A DNA stretch of 63,818 bases, the filler included, from Rhabdomonas costata (taxonomy: Eukaryota): the NCBI GenBank assembly GCA_019059605.1. It is 46 parts of 46 records of this genome, joined end to end, with 100 filler letters (N's around TTAATTAATTAA, not from the genome) between each part and the next. Parts side by side here need not be neighbours in the genome. Positions count along the whole stretch, not along the records: positions 12,509 to 13,796 come from JAHMHO010020510.1; positions 13,897 to 15,185 come from JAHMHO010020511.1; positions 15,286 to 16,575 come from JAHMHO010020512.1; positions 16,676 to 17,968 come from JAHMHO010020513.1; positions 18,069 to 19,357 come from JAHMHO010020514.1; positions 19,458 to 20,746 come from JAHMHO010020515.1; positions 20,847 to 22,135 come from JAHMHO010020516.1; positions 22,236 to 23,524 come from JAHMHO010020517.1; 38 more parts are not named here. One strand, written 5' to 3'. Of this stretch, positions 12,946-23,624 are shown piece after piece. The number at the start of each line of letters is the position of its first letter. Position 1 is the first letter of the stretch. The position numbers and the translations under genes are program-made. The notes beneath the pieces were generated by a model. That model did no database searches and was not told the DNA's origin. It was given only the letters and a program-made list of their open reading frames with translations.

Positions 12946-14678
12946 TGTCAACTGGTGGTAGAGCCCCAGGGGATGGCGTAGGTAAATAGCGCTCCATCTA
13001 CCGCTAGGCTGATGCCATGACCAGGCCATGACCATGACGATGCATAGTGACAGGAACCCACTACGATGGCAAAGACCGAGCCAAGGATGAGCCCTGCCGG
13101 TAGGAGTAGTGACCCAACCTCAACGTAAACCTTCCCTGAGGGTATTGACTGTGGCTACGGCCGGTCGAAGTGAGCGTAACCATCCTTATGGTGGAACGAA
13201 CCATGATCACGTTAGAGGAAGGGTGTTGAGTGAACGGAGGCACCTTATGGTGGCGAAATGAACCAAGGTGACGGGTGAGCGTAAGCACCTAAGGTTGGTG
13301 AAGCGCACCATGAGTGAGGGAGGAGCGACGTAGGAGCGACGCGTGACTCTTAACGTCGTCGTGTCACCTCGCTACGCTCAATGCCACTCCTGCTACCAAC
13401 ATCCTGAGTTGAGGGGTTGAGTGACCTTAGCCGCCTTATAGCGGTGGAGGGAACCGTGAGTGACTGAGACCTCGAGGGACAGAGGCCGAAGGAACCATGC
13501 GTTGAAGAGTAGAAGAGTCGCATGCTCACTTCTTCGCATGCCCCCACTATCTACTGAGTTAAAAGAGAAGAAGGAAGAGGGCCTCCGGCCCGCTGCTCGC
13601 TTCGCATCGTCACCACGTTCCTCGCTACGCTGGCAATGTATGGGTCGCTCGTCACTGCGTTCCTCGCTCCGATAGAAGAAGATGCTATTCGGGATGTCTT
13701 CCACTACGTTGCGGCCATTCCTCCTACTTCTTACTCTTAACGTCCTCGTCGCTGCGCTCCACCTCCCTCAACCCGAAGCAGACCCCACCCTCCTCANNNN
13801 NNNNNNNNNNNNNNNNNNNNNNNNNNNNNNNNNNNNNNNNTTAATTAATTAANNNNNNNNNNNNNNNNNNNNNNNNNNNNNNNNNNNNNNNNNNNNGGGT
13901 TTGTGTCGCTGCAACAATCGTGCAAACCTGCGCTCCAGCAGAAAGTGCGTGGATGTGGAGTACAGCTGCATGAAGGAAATGACGATAGTGAAGCGTAGTC
14001 ATGTTAAGCAAAAGGCAGAAGCAGGGTTAACTCAAGGTCCACTTAAGCTTTTCAATTCAGACGCAAAAACAATATTGAAATCTCTTGGGCGAAAAGGTTG
14101 GTTTTGGAGACAGCACTGTGTGCCAGCTCTTTTTCTGCAGCGCAGGTTTGCACGATTGTTGCAGCGACACAAAGTCAAAGGCACATACGTACCATAGAGG
14201 TTGGCGAAAAAGAAGTGAAGGGCAAGGGGGAGGAAAGCTTTCGGTCGCAAGGACAGATCTCTTATCAACTTGAGGAGGTAAGTTGCACCGGAATTTGATT
14301 GAAAAAATCAGCGCAGAGGTCAAAAGTAAAGGAAAATTTCAGCGAGCAAAGATCTCACAGTATGTCTGGCGAGAAACAAAACCGGAACTCAAGCATCCCT
14401 CATTAGATTGATACTGGCGAAACTGTTCTCCCAGGTCCAGCCAACTTCTGTTATGTGGTGAGTGATTTTTTGCGTCCCGGCAATACAGAAGCAGAGTTCA
14501 GGAGTCAAGGTACTTGCAGACATAGGCAAATAAGACAGGGAACGCTGGAAGAGAGTGGGAAGGAGGAGTAAGTGTGGGGCACGAATAGTTTCCCAATTCG
14601 GAGAGAGGGAGCAGGTGGGCGAAACAGGGACAGAAAAGCGGGCGTGGTGGTAGGATGAGCGTGAGACTCAGCTGAGTT

Positions 14679-15006
14679 TTATGGGCAGTCTTGCGCGGTA
14701 ATGGTATTTTCTTGCTGAGTAGATCCACCACACTGAAGGGCATCGACAGCACTCCGCTGCAAAAGAACGACGGTTCGTTGGGAACGCCATTCGGGAAAAA
14801 AGAGGAATGGGGAGGGATGGGAAAGCAAGCACCTCTTCAGAGAGCAGACGGAGGGACTCAGACAGACTGGCGCGGTACTTCTGCAGGATCTGCTGCACTT
14901 TCGCGTCGACCTCCACTTCAATCCCCCACGAGGCACGGATGTTCTTCACAACAGCCTTGGCACTGTCCGCCGTGGAAAAAGTCAGCCGCTTTCCTCCCAG
15001 GATAAC
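14679..15006 (-). CDS. 3' end of hypothetical protein; exons 15006-14833 and 14756-14679
   Basis: GT-AG intron with in-frame join VILGGKRLTF...RLLSEE|RSAVDALQ...DCP*. Confidence 0.5.
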
Positions 15007-16013
15007 CTGAGACAATTTAGACCCAAACTGTTCAGTGGGCAACAATATGCGCAACAGGTGGGTGTTGGGGTGGTCATGCGAACGCAATTATCAAAGGATG
15101 GCAAGGTCTCACGCCCCAATCAGCAACATTCGACCCCAGGAGTAGGAAAATGTTCCCTCGAAACGGAAGACCTTTCAAAACAACCNNNNNNNNNNNNNNN
15201 NNNNNNNNNNNNNNNNNNNNNNNNNNNNNTTAATTAATTAANNNNNNNNNNNNNNNNNNNNNNNNNNNNNNNNNNNNNNNNNNNNGTGTTTTTTTTTTTT
15301 TTGCTTTTTTGGTGTACTCAAATCCAATTTGTGGCTTTGGCCACTTTGGTGAACTTTTTGTATTTGTAGCCTTTGAAGTCTTATGGCGCTGGCGCTTTTG
15401 TTTTTGCTCAGCCTTACTCCACCTTTGGGTGTGCGATGACTAATCTCTTTGTGCTTCGTGAGCGTTTCGCTCGTCACGATTTGGAACTGTTGTTTTCTTT
15501 GTGAGCTGTTTTTGGGGTTGCGTGTTACTTGATGTGCCGGTTCCGGTACCTCACTTTGTGTTCTCACTGTTTGTCTTGCTGTCAATTACTTGGTTTCGGT
15601 ACAGCGCTGAACCTTGCAAACCGCAATCGGACATTGTTGGCTTTGCTGTTGCCTGGGCTGTGTGAATTGTAAGGGCGCCATTTGAAATTAGTTGTCACGG
15701 GTCACAACGTCGCTGACAGCGCACACCAAATGCATTGTTGTACGGATTTCAGAGAAAGTGCAGGAGTCTGATTGGATTCTTTCGGAGTCCGTGTGCAGTG
15801 AGGTCAGGTTTTGACGGTTCCAGAGGGCATGACTAGTGGGAGTACAACGGAATCAACGAGTTTAAATGTAAAGACGGCGCATAAATCGACACAAAATTCA
15901 GCTGGACACGACTATGTGCTGAGGTCCAATCTACACTTTTACTCACCAGTTGATCGGGTACACCACCACCCATCCCTCCCCCCCTCAGTGCCGGGAACCT
16001 CACATACACTACA

Positions 16014-16114
16014 AGACCCGTGGGGAGCCAGTTCCGGTTCCCCACGGCACCGCTCACTCCAACGGTACCTCTCGCGATCACCCGTGGCCAACAGCGCGTG
16101 CGCCCGTCAGTCCA
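16014..16114 (+). repeat. Dispersed repeat family A, copy 1 (copy 2 at 39556-39673)
   Basis: Shared blocks gacccgtgggg, gagccRgttccggttccccacg and tctcgcgaKcacccgtggccaRcagcgcgtgcgccMgtcagtcca in two unrelated contigs. Confidence 0.85.
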
Positions 16115-16352
16115 GTGGTCACCAACAGCCAATCAGGCCATAGCCAGTGTGCAATGCTCCAACACGCACACTGCAAGACCCACATTAGGAGAAATTGAAA
16201 CGAAAATTCAGCTAGACACGATTCTATGTTGAGACCGAACCCAAGATATTTACTCTTATGTCCCCACTCGCTCGGGCACCCATCCCCATCTCCCCAGACA
16301 TCTCTTCTCAGCACACAGAGGCATTGCGCAGTTTTGTTCTTTGAAAGTCGCC

Positions 16353-16535
16353 ATGAGTGCCACCTTTGGTGAAGCAGTAGTTACCCAGGGCCACTCCCTC
16401 CCCGATGGAAGAGAAGTTCCGTGCAGGATTCAAGCAACTTCTGGGAAGGTCTACGTTGCACTGAAAAGGAACTTTGTTGGGCAGCCCGCTGAGTTCGCCT
16501 CCGTGGGTACGACGGTGGAGTTCCAACCCGAGGAG
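16353..16535 (+). CDS. N-terminus of hypothetical protein, possibly OB-fold/cold-shock-like
   Basis: ATG downstream of a pyrimidine tract + AG (16298-16310); MSATFGEAVVTQG...GKVYVALKRNFVG...VGTTVEF. Confidence 0.4.
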
Positions 16536-17451
16536 CAGCCCGCTGAGTTCGCCTCCGTGGGCTGCTCAACAAAACNNNNNNNNNNNNNNNNNNNNNNNNN
16601 NNNNNNNNNNNNNNNNNNNTTAATTAATTAANNNNNNNNNNNNNNNNNNNNNNNNNNNNNNNNNNNNNNNNNNNNGTGTGGTGTGTTTGGTGTGTTTTGG
16701 TGAAAAATCAATAGTGCAAAATTTCAATTGACTGTGTAGCGTGCTATACTTTGTAAATTAATAAGCAAACCTGGCATTGAGCTCAGTACAAGGGTCTGGA
16801 AACCGAGACCTCTCACATGGTAGTAGATGTTAGGTGCGACCCACAGTCCTTACCAGTGTAAATTTAGTATTTGTCATTTACGCGGAGATTTTGTGTCAAT
16901 TTTGTTTTCCCCAGACTTTTAAAGAATGTTTCGAAGATTTTTGTTACTGGTTTTAAATACAGGTTTTCGAGGAGAAAAAATTGTAACCACCGAGAGCACA
17001 ATGAGCGCACCACCTCTTTTCCAACCCCTTGCCGGCACCACCTTTTTCCCACTAAATACTTTGATAAGCAACCACACTAATGACCAATATGCAAAACTCA
17101 AGCTCAGCTGAAGACGCATAGATTGCAAAAATATGCGGCGTTCGAAACGTATAACGTTTGGCAACAAGCTGGAAAACTTCATGGACCGGCAGGCTAGATT
17201 CAACGAAATAAAATACCAGCGAGAGAAGCCGCTAACCAGGTAGCCATCCATTACTACCAATGTAATTTGTAAACGCCGGACGCGTTATTTATGACAAAGG
17301 GCAAAATTCACATCAGAGACCAGTTGACAGAGATGCTACTGGAGCACACTACATAGCATCTTGAAGCAGCAGCGCAACCCCGCGTAGAAGATTAGTGTAT
17401 TAGTGTATTACGTTTTTTCCCCGCGGGAACATGGGACCGTATAAGCAGCAC

Positions 17452-17459
<8 letters not shown>

Positions 17460-17510
<51 letters not shown>
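17460..17510. repeat. (CA)n microsatellite
   Basis: Direct reading. Confidence 0.98.
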
Positions 17511-17513
<3 letters not shown>

Positions 17514-17576
17514 GTGGACATTGTTTTTTGTCGCTCTCTTCTTTGTGCTGGCGTGTTCGTGCTCATTTTTGTTTTT

Positions 17577-17650
17577 ACGGGAATCGAACAATCGAACCCG
17601 CGACCTTGCCGCCACCAGCCCGGCGCCCAGACCACTCAGACATAAGACCG
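17577..17650 (-). mobile_element. tRNA-derived SINE-like head or tRNA pseudogene
   Basis: Minus strand has A-box-like TGTCTGAGTGG, then AGGTCGCGGGTTCGATT(GTTCGATT)CCCG, a B-box/T-arm at tRNA-like spacing. No intact cloverleaf. Confidence 0.5.
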
Positions 17651-18257
17651 GCCATCTGATTCCCGGTTTCCCGCGGTTTCCGTGGCACTTCTGAGCGTTG
17701 GGACCACGCGGCGCCTCAAAAGCAGGCGCTCGTCAATTTGATGGGTCGGACCATCCTTCCGAAAAACATTTTCCTTTGCAAGGTAACCGGGCCATTAGCC
17801 AGCCAAGACCCGCAAACGGTTTGACAGAAGGGGTATCGTTACTTTTCTGGAAAAGGCTTGAAACGGCACGCCGCTCTCCACAACTTCGTTCCCGCAAGTT
17901 TACTGCACGGCGGCAGCCTTGAGTTGTGAAGATGAGGTGCGACACAATGTGTCTGAGACGGTGAAGTANNNNNNNNNNNNNNNNNNNNNNNNNNNNNNNN
18001 NNNNNNNNNNNNTTAATTAATTAANNNNNNNNNNNNNNNNNNNNNNNNNNNNNNNNNNNNNNNNNNNNAAGCCAATCCTGCAGGATTAGAGAGGGACAAG
18101 ACCCAAGGCACCATGGACCGTCAAAGGTGTGATGTCCATGTCCCAACAAAAGTTAAAAGCCCAGGGGGGAAGTAAACCTTGAGTCCCCAGAAAAAATACG
18201 ACCTTGCATGAAGTGCATAAAGTGTTTGCACGTGCGAAAATTGCATACTTTGCACAG

Positions 18258-19357
18258 GGAGTTCCACAACGTCGGCGTGGCCTTCACCACGATGGACTCG
18301 CGGACCTTCGTGCACACCATCTTCTGGAACGTGAACTACTTCGACTGCATCTCCACCCTGGCCGGGGAGGTCCACAACCCCTCCAGGACCATTCCCAGGG
18401 CGTTGCTCTGGGTGCTGGGCCTGATGACGGTGGCCTACCTCGCCCCTCTCGCCATTGGCACGGCAACGTGCATCCCCTCGTCGGAGTCTGCAGGGGGGTG
18501 CCTCCCCTCGGACCGTTGGGAGGACGGGTGTACACCTTCGTTTTTGCACTCAGTGTGGATGTTGCTTTTGTTGTATTGCCCTTCATTGGGTTGCTGAGCC
18601 CCCCGTTCGGTTTTCGGGTGTAGAAACGTCGCCTGCATTTCAGGTACTGCTTGCTCGAGTCGAGGAACTCAAGAAAAAAACGGTTTTGTTTCATCTTGTA
18701 CAACACGCTTTCTGTTTGATGCCAAAACCCGGTTTGTTTTGGTCCTACACTGCTGAGTAAGACCTCTTGGCCCTTGTTTTGCAATGCTTTTTCCGATTGG
18801 CCCTGATAACCCGATGACCTCTGCATAGGTACTTCTCCAAGGTTGCCAGCGTCGTTGGAGGCCCCCCGCTGCAACAGTGGCTCATCTGCGCGGCTACGCT
18901 ATCGTGCGTGGGAATGTTCGAGGCCAAATTGTGCTCCAGCGCCTATTTGTTGTGCGGCATGGCCAGCAGGTACGCGGATGGGGACGTTTCATCGCCCCCT
19001 CCCTTCCCCACCGATTCTCTCTGGTGCATTCACGAGAACGCCACCCCTCGATCATAGTTTTCACATCAGACCGCACAAATGTCACTCCTTCTCCTTGGCT
19101 TCTTTTAAAGTGCGTAGCCTCCTCCCCTCACAGTTGTCCAATACATGGCTGCACTCCCCTCATCTTAAGACAAGTGTGATGCTGTGATTCTTTGCTGCGC
19201 AGTCAGCTTCATGCCTCATGGCTTCGCCTTATGCAACCTCTGGCTTACCCCTCGCTGTGCCACATCTGGGGGGGAAGGGAGCACAATCTGTTGTCTCCCT
19301 CTCAGGGGCTTCCTTCCGTCGTGGCTGGCCATGCGCAGCGCGCACGGCACCCCACCC
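18258..19357 (+). CDS. APC-superfamily amino acid/polyamine permease (PUT/LAT-like), partial; exons 18258-18527, 18829-18969, 19306-19357
   Basis: IFWNVNYFDCISTLAGEVHNPSRTIPRAL ... WEDG|YFSKVASVVGG ... GMFEAKLCSSAYLLCGMASR|GFLPSWLAMRSAHGTP; canonical introns. Confidence 0.9.
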
Positions 19358-20550
19358 NNNNNNNNNNNNNNNNNNNNNNNNNNNNNNNNNNNNNNNNNNN
19401 NTTAATTAATTAANNNNNNNNNNNNNNNNNNNNNNNNNNNNNNNNNNNNNNNNNNNNGCTTCCTCGGCAATAATATGGAACAGCTCCTGTCCACAGCTGC
19501 TGCGGTGGTTACCCAGCAGACGGGGCTCAGGGTGGCCCCGGGGCGCATGACCTTGGTCGACGGCCGCCAGGCCGCCTGCTCGGCCTCGATGACCCACACC
19601 AACTTCTTGCTTGCTGCAAGGCTCACCGAGCGGGAGGTGCTGCGTGGGGCGTTCTGCGTTTGGTGGCGCGCATCCCCCTCACTTTTGAAGATTTGCAACT
19701 TGCGGCGCTACAAAATTTCGAAGCTGCATCACCGTGTCTTGTAATCCTGCAGTCTTTCTGTATTTTCCCTTCCACCCCTTTGACCTATGTAATCTTTGAC
19801 TGAAGATGCCGTTTCGGCTGCCTTGGCAACAATGGTGCACACAGTTCCAACGGGTTGTTCAAGTACTAGAAAGTTCATTTTCGCTATACTGATGTTCTCT
19901 CTGGTGGACCGAGAAATGAAGGATTCCGAAGATAAAGGGAACTTTTGTTTTGTTTTTAGTCTTTTTTGCATGGGGTTGGAGGGCGATTCGTGTTGGCCAT
20001 GGGATATATTAAGTCCAATGTGAGATTTTCGGGGGGGTCACAGGTCGATACAGAGGTGCCGCCTAAGGGTTCGGGTGTGTGGGTGAGGGTGAAGTTGACC
20101 CCCTCGGGCCATTTGTGTGTGTGTGCAGTTCATTTTAGTGCCTTGGACCCTGCCGCATACGAACACTTTTGTAAGTTCCCGTAGGACCACTTTGGGATTT
20201 CTATCCAGTCAGGTCCACTGCGGGTCGTCCTTGCCGGCTTGTGACGGTTTATGAACCAGCATCAACGTCATTGGAAATTTCCGTCGAATCTATGTATTGC
20301 TTCCCCCCGCATTCCGTGGGATGTGGCCGTTGCATACGCATTTCCCACCCCTGCGGAGATGGCACGTTTTCGCCTGAGATTTGTTGACGTAGCGGAGGGC
20401 TCCCTCTCTCACGGCTGCCCCGAAGTCAAACAAATCCTTTGAGTTCCTTGCATGACGGGTCAACTTTTTTAGCGTGAGCTTTAGCCTGTAGAGGGGTGTC
20501 CCTTTCACTCGCTTCCTAAAGAGGCATCTGCTTTAATTAATTTCCGAATA

Positions 20551-20746
20551 ATGGGCGCCTCGACGTCCCACCCTGAGCCAACCTATCAGGAGGAGCCTAG
20601 ACAGGTCCTCACAGTTTATGGCCCTCGTGATCCCTTCCCCAAAGTCGTGAGGACGTCCATCTATTTGGCCGGACCAACTCCCAGAGGGCCATCGTGGCGG
20701 GCCCACGCCTTGCGGATCCTGGATAACCTCGGGGAGGAACACAACC
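20551..20746 (+). CDS. Nucleoside 2-deoxyribosyltransferase-like domain protein, N-terminal part
   Basis: SIYLAGPTPRGPSWRAHALRIL matches the SIFLAGP..R...SWR..A motif of Nuc_deoxyri_tr2-type proteins. Confidence 0.7.
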
Positions 20747-21499
20747 NNNNNNNNNNNNNNNNNNNNNNNNNNNNNNNNNNNNNNNNNNNNTTAATTAATT
20801 AANNNNNNNNNNNNNNNNNNNNNNNNNNNNNNNNNNNNNNNNNNNNGGGTTTTTGGATCTGTCCCCCCTGAGCCTTCGACTCCACTCGGGCGGCGTAGTT
20901 GATGGTTGGCCCAAAGTAGTCTCCCTGTGCGGCACAAAAACAGCCAAATCCAAGAAGTGAAGCTGAAAAGTAAAGGTCCTGCAGCAGTCAGACGGGAACA
21001 CGACGAGATTAGAACACTAAGGAAACATGGAGGACCTGTGGAGACGCGTAGAGAAGCCAAATGCAATGCACAAGCAACGGGCACCAAAGTGATAATGACA
21101 AGTGGTTTTGAATTCAGCTTTCACAAGGCTTGCTTGAATGCACACTACTATTAACACAACCCCCCATTCCACCAAGAAATCCCGGGGAATGCGCATCGTT
21201 TCCTAAATCTGAGAGGTTCCAAACGTACAGTTCCGTCTCTCACAACCCTAAAAAGCGATACAGAAGTGAGAAACGTTTCTGAAGCATAGCAACCAATACG
21301 AACTCGCTTGAGAGAATAGGATACTACCATCTTCTGCACGATAAACAGAGTGGTTTGTAACGCCAAGTTGCCTGTCAAGTGGCTTTCAGCACGCTCTGCT
21401 CTAAGTGGGAATGCGGCTTTGCTCCAGGGTCAAGCCCATCTCAGGGCATATTACTTTCGGTTAAGATACATAGACGCTCAGACTGAGAGGAGGACAAAC

Positions 21500-21753
21500 C
21501 CGAAGGGTAGCGGAGTTGATCTCCACAATGGCAGTGCCGTAGTGTATCCCCACCCGCACTCGAAGCCCACGCCACAGGTAGCCGATGCCATCCTCGCAGG
21601 GCACCTCCAGACAGTCCGGGAGCTGCAGCAGGGACTCAGGCCACGGCGCGGCCATCATCTCCAGCTGCATTTGCACCGCAAACCTGGCGGCCGCAGTGCA
21701 GTCCAGGAAGACGATAAAGAAGCTATCCCCGATGGTCTTCACCTCGTAGCCCC
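21500..21753 (-). CDS. Class III adenylate/guanylate cyclase catalytic-domain exon
   Basis: GYEVKTIGDSFFIVF...AARFAVQMQLEM..APWPE.LL...LWRGLRVRVGIHYG; AG/GT bounded. The style matches euglenozoan receptor-type cyclases. Confidence 0.92.
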
Positions 21754-22235
21754 CTGCGAAGGCGAAGGAAGGGTCGAAGGGCTATTCCAATGAGTGCCTG
21801 CCCACTGCGGAAAGTTGACCTAAGTGGGGGTAAATCGGAAGAGAGTGGGCAGTAGTGGTCTCATATTTATTACTTCATTCATTTGTTGTGCACTGATTTG
21901 AAAGTAAAGCGGACACATCTCTGTAAATATTACCCGTGCCACCTGAAAAGTGAGAAATGAAAAAAAAACTGCTCTCAATTTTCAGATGTCTGAGTGGAGG
22001 CGGAGGCGTGCGTGCCATGAAGGTGCTCTCACACTAGTGAGCCATGGCTCCACTGTTATGGCTGAGACAAATTCCAATGCTGGAGGCTCCATTTGCAAAG
22101 GGGCTATCACTGTCATCAAGTTTTCGCACGCAAAANNNNNNNNNNNNNNNNNNNNNNNNNNNNNNNNNNNNNNNNNNNNTTAATTAATTAANNNNNNNNN
22201 NNNNNNNNNNNNNNNNNNNNNNNNNNNNNNNNNNN

Positions 22236-23524
22236 CAATCAGATAAATTTATCGATCTGACAGGTGTAGTGCCCAGTACAACACTCTTGGAGACCGTTAG
22301 GAAGATGACCCAGAAGGAATACATGAATACTCGAGACGTGGAAGATCTTTAAAGAGATGAAGGTCAGTGCAGTCTTCCATGTCTTCACCACCCCGGCAAG
22401 TTAATATGTGGTAAAGAGGCCCTATAAAGCCAGACTTTCTGTTTCATGTCCCAAACGCCTGGATAAATATGATGAAAACCGCGAATGAGACATGAGCGGA
22501 GGTAAACGAGTTGGAAGATCATACTGATGGAATATATGGTCGGAATATAGATTTCAAGCTACTGAAAAATGGAGGAGAAAAGATTGTTTATACTGTTGGA
22601 CTTTTGGCGAGCGGAACCACATGTGAAAGTGGGAGTTTAAAGTCGGCTACTTCCATGTGCAACACTTGCAGTAAAGTATGAAAGTTCTGATACCATTGTG
22701 TTCACACAAAGTGTTTGACCCAATGGAGAGCAATGCCATTGTAGCCAACTTCCTCGGGGTGTTCCGCGGCTGAAGAAGAAGATATAGACGCTGACAGCTC
22801 AGTGGATGATCAAGATGGAGGACAGTACCAGTTCCAGCAATAGAGGTTTGATAAACAAAAGATAAAGCAAGAGAGAGATACATGGTTAAACATTTCTGCA
22901 ATTACCACGTAATAAACAACCACAAGCGGGTAATTGTTATGGATGTGGAGTTTGTCGATTATTCGATTGATGTGGTGGACCGACATGGAGATCATTACCA
23001 GGCTTTCACTTGGATAAACAACAAGGGAGTAGTTTACAATGGAGGCACACTAAATTATCTTCACGAGAAGTGGCATGAAGAGAAATACCAAATGAGAGGC
23101 AAAAAAAGCCGATGTGGACAGTCAGCTTGCCAAGAGAGTTGGAGTGGGCCTTTCAAACCCCAGAGTGTAAGCAATTATACTTCCAGGTATTTTACGTACA
23201 TCCGCTGATATGGGCTAAACATTGGCAAACAATGATAAAGTGGAACCAAGATGAAGCGCATTTTTTAGCAAATACTTTGAGATGCTAAACTTTGTACACC
23301 ATCCCCAATAGTTCCATGTCAACGAGTGAGGGTAAAGCAGACCAAAGCCTTGTCAGAGGAGGTACAAAAGACAGTGATGAAACAGTTTGGGTTTGAAGTG
23401 AATTATACATGTCCAGGTCGTGGTTAACAACACACCTGTAATCCCATGTTCTTGATTCAAATAAAGGTGACCATTGCGCATTAGTGGAATGCTATATTAC
23501 GCGGTATACGAGTTACATGGAGCT
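22236..23524 (+). pseudogene. Decayed, intronless, purine-rich coding-like region of unknown origin
   Basis: Lower GC than neighbouring exons; protein-like stretches (e.g. 22882-23208) broken by many stops; no splice-bounded GC-rich exons. Confidence 0.3.
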
Positions 23525-23624
23525 NNNNNNNNNNNNNNNNNNNNNNNNNNNNNNNNNNNNNNNNNNNNTTAATTAATTAANNNNNNNNNNNNNNNNNNNN
23601 NNNNNNNNNNNNNNNNNNNNNNNN

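Noticed and set aside
16481..16561. 27-nt direct repeat GCAGCCCGCTGAGTTCGCCTCCGTGGG with a spacer (mini-CRISPR-like)
   Set aside because: Only two copies, in a coding frame at a contig end, in a eukaryote with no cas genes; likely an artefact or a protein repeat.
16770..16860. tRNA- or ribozyme-like look (GCTCAGT, GAAA-capped hairpin, ACCA end)
   Set aside because: I could not build an acceptor stem, T-loop or ribozyme core.
20532..20541. Natural TTAATTAA near the NDT-like gene
   Set aside because: No N padding and only 8 nt; a chance match to the linker.
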